Of a stretch of DNA of 11,693 nt, positions 1 to 6,525 are shown in pieces. How positions within the stretch are numbered: the first letter of the stretch is position 1; every line of letters begins with the position of its first letter. Origin of the DNA: Bdellovibrionales bacterium. GTDB lineage: Bacteria > Bdellovibrionota > Bdellovibrionia > Bdellovibrionales > UBA840. Made by a program: the position numbers and the translations under genes. Location of the stretch: the NCBI GenBank assembly GCA_037969075.1, contig JBBKWS010000131.1:1-11693 (forward strand), given 5' to 3'. Below the pieces are notes generated by a model. That model made no database searches. It saw only the letters and a list, made by a program, of their open reading frames with translations, and was not told where the DNA came from.

Positions 1-1215
1 GACCCTGCGGTAACCGCAGAGGTTTTTGGTTTTAATTATTTATTGGCTTTTTTAAACTCTACATTTGGTGAGTTAAACACACAGCAGATTAGTTCTCAGA
101 TATATGGGATCTATACGGGCTTGGTGTATTTTACTCCTTTCTTTGGTGGTATTTTAGCGGATAAAGTTCTAGGTCAGTATCGCACGGTTTATGTGGGCGG
201 TATATTAATGGCTGTGGGCCATTTTTTAATGGCATTTGATAAGTTCTTTTTACTAGCGCTACTTTGTATCATCTTAGGTAATGGCGCATTTAAACCAAAT
301 ATCTCTACACAAGTTGGTAACCTATATAAAGAGGGTGACAATCGTCGTGACGGAGCATTCACCATATTTTATATGGGTATTAACTTAGGAGCGTTTTTTG
401 CTCCACTAATTTGCGGAACTTTAGGTCAAACAGTTGGGTGGCATTGGGGCTTTGGAGCTGCTGGTGTTGGTATGATCTTAGGTTTGTTTGTGTATTGGTT
501 AGGTAGTGATTTAGTGCCTAAGCACACAACTAATCTTGAAGAAAATAAAAAAGAGAAGCGTCCACTTAGCTCGCAAGAGTGGAAGTCAGTTTGGGCCTTA
601 TTATTACTTTGCTGTTTGAATATAACTTTTTGGGCGATATTTGAACAACAAGGCAATGTACTTCAATTGTGGGCAGATGAAAGAACCAATTGGATGCTTT
701 TAGGATTTGAGATTCCATCTACTTGGTATCAATCTTTTAACCCAGCATTTATCTTTATTTTTGCGCCTCTGGTTACTCAATTATGGAAGAAGCAAAACAC
801 TAAAGGCAATGAACCTTCGTCTGTTGCTAAGATGGGTATCGGCTGCTTTCTATGTGGAGCCGCGTATCTTGTAATGATAGCCGCAGCACTAATTGTTCCA
901 GAGAATGAGCGTGGAAGTGTTTTCTGGTTAACGATGACGACTTGGATGTTTACTATGGGTGAATTGTACCTATCTCCAATCGGTCTATCTTTGGTAACAA
1001 AAGTAGCTCCTCGCCCTATCGTTTCTATGATGATGGGTGCGTGGTTTATGTCGAGTTTCTTTGGTAACTACTTAACTGGCTACATTGGTACATTCTACTC
1101 TGTAATGGAAAAGAATGAGTTTTTTGCAATGCTAGCTGCTTTAGGTATGGGTACAGGATTGATTTTCTTTATCCTTAAGAAGCCTTTAAAAGCTGTTATC
1201 GGTAAAAACGTATAG
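1..1215 (+). CDS. Proton-dependent oligopeptide transporter (POT/PTR family, MFS), 5'-truncated by the window edge
   Basis: Frame is open from base 1 (DPAVTAEVFGFNYLL...), so the TTG at 43 is probably not the true start. POT motifs: GGILADKVLG, GNGAFKPNIS, FTIFYMGINLGAF (PTR2 signature), GELYLSPIGLS. Many hydrophobic helices. Confidence 0.93.
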   Translation, partial: DPAVTAEVFGFNYLLAFLNSTFGELNTQQISSQIYGIYTGLVYFTPFFGGILADKVLGQYRTVYVGGILMAVGHFLMAFDKFFLLALLCIILGNGAFKPNISTQVGNLYKEGDNRRDGAFTIFYMGINLGAFFAPLICGTLGQTVGWHWGFGAAGVGMILGLFVYWLGSDLVPKHTTNLEENKKEKRPLSSQEWKSVWALLLLCCLNITFWAIFEQQGNVLQLWADERTNWMLLGFEIPSTWYQSFNPAFIFIFAPLVTQLWKKQNTKGNEPSSVAKMGIGCFLCGAAYLVMIAAALIVPENERGSVFWLTMTTWMFTMGELYLSPIGLSLVTKVAPRPIVSMMMGAWFMSSFFGNYLTGYIGTFYSVMEKNEFFAMLAALGMGTGLIFFILKKPLKAVIGKNV

Positions 1216-1262
1216 GCACCCAGTTCCTTTTGCGGTTTATACCGTTCTAGGAGATTTAAACT

Positions 1263-1292
1263 AAAAAAGCCGGAGTTATTTCCGGCTTTTTT
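1263..1292. terminator. Intrinsic terminator, potentially bidirectional
   Basis: AAAAAA-GCCGGA-GTTATT-TCCGGC-TTTTTT: perfect GC-rich stem flanked by A and T runs, 47 nt after the transporter stop. Confidence 0.88.
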
Positions 1293-1385
1293 GTGCCTAA
1301 ATTAAGCCTTAAAAATGACATATTTTGGCCACTGTCTTGGTTTTAAACACCTGAAATCTATACACTATTATAAAACTGAGTAGGG

Positions 1386-1402
1386 TGGGAACTAAAATTG
1401 CT
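1386..1402 (+). promoter_or_regulatory. Candidate sigma-54 (RpoN) -24/-12 promoter
   Basis: GGAACTAAAATTGCT: GG (1388-1389)-N10-GC (1400-1401) with TTGCT, close to the TGGCAC-N5-TTGCW consensus. It lies 16 nt before the ATG at 1418. Confidence 0.55.
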
Positions 1403-1417
1403 TTATATAATTAAGCT

Positions 1418-2536
1418 ATGACCCCCCTTTTTTTAATAACCCTATTTGTGTTAGTGACAAGCCCTAGTTATGGGAAGACGGTAATATGCAGTAGTCTATG
1501 GGACCAAAGCAATTCAATGAATGATTACGGGAAGGACTTTAAGGGAGAGCTCCTGGCGGAGTGGAAATATGCACAAGACTTCTTTAAGGCTGAATCAGTA
1601 AATGTTGAAATAAATCGTACAAGCTACTTGGTGAGTGCTGACGGTAGAGAAGTAAAAATTTCTACAGAAGGTAAGCATCCTTTAAACCAGTTTGCTAGGG
1701 ATGTTTATGAGGCTCACAAAGCGGATGTAGTCTATATACCTGGGAATCTTGATCCTATATTTACTCCCGTGATAGTTAAAAATGAGGTTACAGGCTTAAA
1801 AATACTTCTTCCTTTAGATGTTTTAACTCTTCCATTTAATTTGGCTCGAACATTTCCAGCTTTACATGAATTAAGACATCTTACAGATTATACTTCAATC
1901 TTTGAAGGGCGTGATACAGCTTTTCTAGGTAGAGTAACCAGTTTAAAAAAAGGTACAGAGATACCCGGTAAGATAAAAGAGAATAGTTTTGGCTATGAGA
2001 CATCTTTTGGTTTTAACGAGCTTAGAACTTTCTTTTCACAGTTACATCAGCAAACGTTGAGGCTTTCTCTTAGACTAAAACAAGGTAATATGTCTGAGAT
2101 AGAAATCAAAGAGCGAGCATTGAGTGTACAGGATACTCTTACGTCATTACAATTATTGACGGATAGAACTTCACGAACATTAGATGTGTTACTTAAAGAA
2201 AGTAAGTCTGCCGAGTACACTCAGGAAAATATAAAGTATAGAGATGTTAGTATTACGACGGTCACAATTATTTTTACTGTAGACGGTGTTCCTTTAAAAA
2301 TTAGTGCCCCATTGCCTGCTGCAAAAACTGGGGATAATTTTAACCAGTTAGCATTAGATCATTTAAAATGGACCCTGAGTGCGGCTAATCTATTAACTGC
2401 TGCCATGGCGCCCGCTGTATCAGCTTCATCCAAGGTAGATGCCAATAATATTGATATATCAAAATTAAAGAGTTTTGTTGAAACCATATTAGAGGATTTG
2501 AGGCCTGCCATCATTCATCCCTTTTATAAAAAATGA
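1418..2536 (+). CDS. Hypothetical secreted protein with HExxH motif (putative zincin-like metallopeptidase)
   Basis: 372-aa ORF. Signal-peptide-like N-terminus (MTPLFLITLFVLVTSPSYG). HELRH at residues 150-154 and a candidate third ligand Glu201 (FNELRTF). No family recognised. Confidence 0.6.
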   Translation: MTPLFLITLFVLVTSPSYGKTVICSSLWDQSNSMNDYGKDFKGELLAEWKYAQDFFKAESVNVEINRTSYLVSADGREVKISTEGKHPLNQFARDVYEAHKADVVYIPGNLDPIFTPVIVKNEVTGLKILLPLDVLTLPFNLARTFPALHELRHLTDYTSIFEGRDTAFLGRVTSLKKGTEIPGKIKENSFGYETSFGFNELRTFFSQLHQQTLRLSLRLKQGNMSEIEIKERALSVQDTLTSLQLLTDRTSRTLDVLLKESKSAEYTQENIKYRDVSITTVTIIFTVDGVPLKISAPLPAAKTGDNFNQLALDHLKWTLSAANLLTAAMAPAVSASSKVDANNIDISKLKSFVETILEDLRPAIIHPFYKK

Positions 2537-2580
2537 TTTTTTTGATGCACTTTTAACCAAAACAAGTTAATTCTTTGAAC

Positions 2581-2928
2581 TGATCTATGGGTATTCGCGC
2601 CCCTTAAAAGGTGAGGAAAGTCCGGACTCTATATGGCAGTGCAAGGGGTAACGCCCCTCCGGCGTGAGCCGAGGAACAGTGGAACAGAGAAAATGTCTAA
2701 GGCATTGAGCCTAATACTGGGAGCGGGAGGTATTAGGGGAGCCAAGGAGTGAAAATAGCTAAACTCTGCACGGAGCAAGATCAAATAGGAAAGCATTAAG
2801 TACGGCCAGTACGAGCTTTCGGGTAAGGTCGCTTGAGGCCATTAGTGATAATGGTCCCAGAGGAATGAATACCGCCTTTATGATTTGGCAAAAGACTAAA
2901 GGTACAGAATCCGGCTTACAGTAGATCA
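2581..2928 (+). ncRNA. rnpB: Ribonuclease P RNA, bacterial type A variant lacking P13/P14
   Basis: GAGGAAAGTCCGG (2613-2625) and ACAGAATCCGGCTTA (2904-2918) form P4. P1 TGATCTAT/GTAGATCA. P2 GGTATTC/GAATACC. P7 GTGCA/TGCAC. P8 AGGGG-TAACG-CCCCT. P9 CGGC-GTGA-GCCG. P15 GATC/GGTC with L15 GGT. P16 GAAAGC/GCTTTC. P17 GTAC/GTAC. P6 TGGC/GCCA. P18 GGCCATTA-GTGA-TAATGGTC. P19 GCCTTTA/TAAAGGT. Confidence 0.97.
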
Positions 2929-2940
2929 AAATGCCATTTT

Positions 2941-2969
2941 TAGGGCCCTTAGGGGCCCTATATTTTTTT
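2941..2969 (+). terminator. Intrinsic terminator of rnpB
   Basis: TAGGGCCC-TTAG-GGGCCCTA followed by TATTTTTTT, 12 nt downstream of P1. Confidence 0.88.
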
Positions 2970-3054
2970 CAAATAACAAACATATTCAAAGTCTATTTTC
3001 CAATAAAAATTAAGAGTGTTAGTTTCCTTCTGAATCAATAAAAAAGGGGAGAGA

Positions 3055-3885
3055 ATGAAGCTACTTTTGGTCATAATATTATTTGGAAGTTTTTCAGCCA
3101 ATGCAAAGGACACACTTTACTGCAAAGTTAATAAAAGAGCTGCGAACGCCTTAGAATCAGTATCGGATGGTTGGAGTTACAATGAGTACTGCCAAGAACC
3201 ACTTTTATCAGGTGACGTTTGTTTTACAGGTTCTAGAACTAAAATTATAGAGCGATTAAATTTAGGGAATCGTGTTGGATCAGATGAGGACTGGATTGAA
3301 GGTGCAAGATACAATGGAAGAAATTTGCAATATACTGTCGTAGACGGCCCCAATGAGTGGGAAGAAAAATATATCATTAAAAAATGTACCCCAGCTTTTT
3401 TTAGAAATTCAGAGCCCGAGCAGCTGCCCTTATTTCCAGGGATAGAAGAAAAAAAAGATCTTGAAGCATTGCAAGCTTACTTAAACACAGAAAATGTTGG
3501 TAATGGTGATGCGGGAATGGTTCCGTATTTAGTTTCATCATTGCAGATTGAAGTTAGCAAAATGTTAGCTAGCCACAGAGAGGCTAGTCGTGATTACCAA
3601 GAAGATAGTGATGCGAATGATGCATATTTTATAGATCATGAAATGCGATCCACAGCATCTAACTTAGTGGATTGGATGGAGTTATCAGAAACTAATCCGG
3701 AAAATGTCACTGAGGATTTCAAACCTTTGCTAGATAGAATGATTGAAAAAGGTGTAGTGCTAAAAATTATTTCTGTTGGCCCGCCTGAATCTTGTTATGA
3801 TCCTACATATTGTAGATGGCAGTTATTTAATATCTTTTTATCAAATGGTGAGCACTATTATATAAATTTTGATTTTACAACCTAA
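3055..3885 (+). CDS. Hypothetical secreted protein, probably two domains, 6 Cys
   Basis: 276 aa. SD GGGGAG at 3046-3051. Signal peptide MKLLLVIILFGSFSANA with an A-x-A cleavage site. The 3' end overlaps the convergent methyltransferase gene by 11 bp. Confidence 0.75.
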   Translation: MKLLLVIILFGSFSANAKDTLYCKVNKRAANALESVSDGWSYNEYCQEPLLSGDVCFTGSRTKIIERLNLGNRVGSDEDWIEGARYNGRNLQYTVVDGPNEWEEKYIIKKCTPAFFRNSEPEQLPLFPGIEEKKDLEALQAYLNTENVGNGDAGMVPYLVSSLQIEVSKMLASHREASRDYQEDSDANDAYFIDHEMRSTASNLVDWMELSETNPENVTEDFKPLLDRMIEKGVVLKIISVGPPESCYDPTYCRWQLFNIFLSNGEHYYINFDFTT

Positions 3886-4927
3886 GCTTTTCTGCCCAAA
3901 CCACAAATTCGATACCGTAGCGATTAAAAGAAGGAGCTACGCGACCTCGGTTCCAATAAAGTAATCGAAAATGTTTATCTATTCGTTTGCTTAACTCAAA
4001 TTCAGAGCCACCAAAAGGTGGCCCTTCTCTTTTATCAAAAGAAAAAAATATTCCTAAAAGATGCCCACCCTCTCTAAGGCTTGTACGCCATAGTTTTGCC
4101 AATTCCCCCCTGCGTTTCGGGTCAATGGCCGAGTAATTTGTGTGATCAAACACGATATCAAATTTATTTTTAAACTCTTCTTTGTTTTCAAAGTAATCCG
4201 CTTGCAACCACTTTAGATGATCTGTTTCGCCATGAGTTTTTTGTGCTTTAGCGATAGCTACGGGTGAAAAATCAACAGCAGTCACAATGTGACCGAGAGA
4301 GGCAAGATAAGCAGCATCGTTTCCAGTGCCACATCCTAAGACTAAAATTTTTGATTTTTGTAATTTTAAAGTTCTGACTGCCTGCTGCAAAAGTGGGTGA
4401 TGAGCCTCCAGTTGCCAGCCAGGATGTGGGTTTTCTTTATATTTTGCAGACCACCACTGTGATTGGCTGACTTCAGACTTTGCTTGGTAAATGTAGGGGG
4501 TTTCGTATCTGACATCATGGTAAGTCATAGAGTCGTCATCGAACTCGCAATTATCAAAAATTTGTTCTTGTGCTTGTCTTGATAACACAAATGGTAGATC
4601 CGTTTTAGTTCTTCCGTGTAATCTATCCCAGTCATCTAGGCTAAGAGAAAATAAATCTATAGTTTCGACTTGTGTTTCGACAGGTTTAAAAGAAATATCT
4701 TCGCCAAACTCAAGATTAGAAACTACAAATATCTGGTCGTAAGGTTCGATCAAAAACTCTTTATTATGAATCTTACTAACAAAAAAGTGATCCTTGCGGC
4801 GCAATCCCTTGTAAAACTCAGTCAAAAAATTAGGATCAGTGATGGGTTGTCCTTCAAAAACGGGTATACCTTCATCATTAATTTGAATGCACTTGTCTGC
4901 TGCAATCTCTATAAGTTCATTATTCAT
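3875..4927 (-). CDS. Class I SAM-dependent methyltransferase (TPMT/thiol-halide MT-like) with an N-terminal DUF1285-like domain
   Basis: The C-terminal half has motif I ILVLGCGTGND, AVDFS, ADYF, FDIVFD and the TPMT-family GPPF. The N-terminal ~145 aa resemble DUF1285. SD GGAG lies 7 nt upstream of the ATG. Confidence 0.85.
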   Translation of the reverse strand: MNNELIEIAADKCIQINDEGIPVFEGQPITDPNFLTEFYKGLRRKDHFFVSKIHNKEFLIEPYDQIFVVSNLEFGEDISFKPVETQVETIDLFSLSLDDWDRLHGRTKTDLPFVLSRQAQEQIFDNCEFDDDSMTYHDVRYETPYIYQAKSEVSQSQWWSAKYKENPHPGWQLEAHHPLLQQAVRTLKLQKSKILVLGCGTGNDAAYLASLGHIVTAVDFSPVAIAKAQKTHGETDHLKWLQADYFENKEEFKNKFDIVFDHTNYSAIDPKRRGELAKLWRTSLREGGHLLGIFFSFDKREGPPFGGSEFELSKRIDKHFRLLYWNRGRVAPSFNRYGIEFVVWAEKLRL

Positions 4928-5090
4928 TGGGTAGCTCCGATGGAATTATTTCGGCATCAGTTGGTGGGGCCTCAAGATTTTCAATTTCTGTAGGTATCAC
5001 TTCTGAGGCAACTCGTGGGAGAGGGCTGCCCATAAATCGATAGGAAACAATAACAAGAGTGAAGAATAACAAAAGCTGTAAATATCGCAT
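4920..5090 (-). CDS. Small membrane-anchored or secreted protein, 56 aa (not in the ORF track)
   Basis: Manual translation: MRYLQLLLFFTLVIVSYRFMGSPLPRVASEVIPTEIENLEAPPTDAEIIPSELPNE*. SD GAGG 5 nt before the ATG. The stop overlaps the methyltransferase start (ATGAATAA, 8 nt). Confidence 0.72.
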   Translation of the reverse strand: MRYLQLLLFFTLVIVSYRFMGSPLPRVASEVIPTEIENLEAPPTDAEIIPSELPNE

Positions 5091-5119
5091 GTTGACCTCG
5101 TATTTGTTAAGGTAGGGAT

Positions 5120-5147
5120 TCTAGATACTGTTGGCAACATATCTAGA
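5120..5147. repeat. 28-bp imperfect palindrome in the divergent promoter region
   Basis: TCTAGATA-C-TGTTG-G-CAACA-TATCTAGA, flanked by AGGTAGG direct repeats at 5110-5116 and 5147-5153. Confidence 0.6.
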
Positions 5148-5262
5148 GGTAGGCTTAAAAAAATCTCTCAAAAGCATATTATTTAGGCAGTACTGCTTTG
5201 CCTCAGTGCTAGTTTTTTAAAATTTAATGGTGCATAATCTAGAGTTTAACTAGAGGTAAACA

Positions 5263-6525
5263 TTGAACATTCTTGAAACTTTAAGACAGCGTGGTTTTAT
5301 CTATCAGACAACTCATGACAAAGAGCTGGAGGAGCATTTAGAAACTTCGCGAGTTTTCTATGTAGGTTTTGATCCAACTGCAGACAGCCTGCATGTTGGT
5401 AGTCTAATTCCATTGATGGCAATGGTACATATGCAAAGAGCGAAGCACATACCGATTGCTATTGTTGGCGGAGGAACTGCAAGAGTCGGTGATCCTTCGG
5501 GGAAAACTGAACTTCGTAAAATGTTAACAGAAGAAGAGTTAGATAATAATGCAAATGGTGTTGCTTCACAAATTAAACGATATCTAAATCTTGATGGTAT
5601 AAATGGAAAGCTTGTTAACAACAAAGATTGGTTGTTGAAATTAGGGTATATTGAATTCTTAAGAGATATAGGTAAGCATTTTTCGATCAATAGAATGTTA
5701 ACAGCAGAAAGTGTGAAGATGCGCTTAGAAAAAGGCTTAAGCTTTATTGAATTTAATTATTCGTTATTACAGGCCTATGATTTTTATACCTTACTTAAGG
5801 ATCACAACTGCACAGTGCAAATGGGTGGACAAGATCAATGGGGCAATATTGTTGCAGGAGACGATCTGTGCCGTAGAATGGGCCTTACGCAAGATACATT
5901 TGGGATTACGTTTCCACTTCTGATGAATGCAAGCGGGACTAAATTTGGTAAATCTCAAGATGGTAATGTGTGGTTAGATATCAATAGGACACCTGCATTA
6001 GAATATTATCAGTTCTTTAGAAATACGGCAGATCAAGATGTTGAAAAGCTATTGAAACTATTTACTTTTTTACCAGTAGATGAAATTGCTACTCTAATAA
6101 AAGAAAACTTAAATCGCGCTAAAGAAATTTTAGCCTTCGAAGCTACAAGCATTACTCACGGCGAGGAAATTGCCGCAGCTGCATACGCCACAGCTTCTAA
6201 TCAATTCGGTTCGGCTGATCCTGATAATAAAATAAAGACATCCTCTAAAATTGTATCTGTAAACATAAAAAATAGCCTTGATGTTCCGACTCTAGAGATT
6301 TCAAAATCAGAAATACAACAAATGAATTGGGCTACTTTGGTTCATAAATCCGAGTTTGCTGTCAGTAAAGGTGAGGCGCGTAGATTGATTCAGGGTAAAG
6401 GCGTTAAGTGGGAAGATAATACGGTTGAAAAAGCTGAAGATTTAATTCCTGCCGCAGCTTATGCAGAGGGCTCATTTTTATTAAAAGTTGGAAAGAAAAA
6501 ATTTAAACGTATACAGGTGAAGTAA
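5263..6525 (+). CDS. tyrS: Tyrosine--tRNA ligase
   Basis: [15 protein letters not shown] (HIGH), [21 protein letters not shown] (KMSKS), C-terminal S4 domain ([14 protein letters not shown]...KVGKKKF). TTG start with SD GAGGT at 5253-5257. Confidence 0.97.
   Translation: MNILETLRQRGFIYQTTHDKELEEHLETSRVFYVGFDPTADSLHVGSLIPLMAMVHMQRAKHIPIAIVGGGTARVGDPSGKTELRKMLTEEELDNNANGVASQIKRYLNLDGINGKLVNNKDWLLKLGYIEFLRDIGKHFSINRMLTAESVKMRLEKGLSFIEFNYSLLQAYDFYTLLKDHNCTVQMGGQDQWGNIVAGDDLCRRMGLTQDTFGITFPLLMNASGTKFGKSQDGNVWLDINRTPALEYYQFFRNTADQDVEKLLKLFTFLPVDEIATLIKENLNRAKEILAFEATSITHGEEIAAAAYATASNQFGSADPDNKIKTSSKIVSVNIKNSLDVPTLEISKSEIQQMNWATLVHKSEFAVSKGEARRLIQGKGVKWEDNTVEKAEDLIPAAAYAEGSFLLKVGKKKFKRIQVK

Noticed and set aside
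2542..2573. Sigma-70 promoter for rnpB (TTGATG ... TTAATT)
   Set aside because: Spacing is 19-20 nt and the -10 is poor. Not supportable in AT-rich DNA.
2581..2928. Type B or archaeal RNase P RNA, or tmRNA/riboswitch, as identity of the ncRNA
   Set aside because: The P4 signatures fix it as RNase P. P6/P16/P17 plus a GNRA-capped P18, and the absence of P5.1/P10.1/P15.1, indicate bacterial type A.
3421..3435. QLPLF resembling a beta-clamp binding motif
   Set aside because: The protein has a clear signal peptide and would be exported, so this is probably linker coincidence.
4670..4993. 107-aa plus-strand ORF
   Set aside because: Antisense to the methyltransferase and the 56-aa ORF, with no recognisable motif. 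Shadow ORF.
5091..5262. T-box riboswitch upstream of tyrS
   Set aside because: No T-box consensus (AAnnnGGGTGGnACC-like) or Stem I motifs, and the 172-nt region must also hold two promoters.
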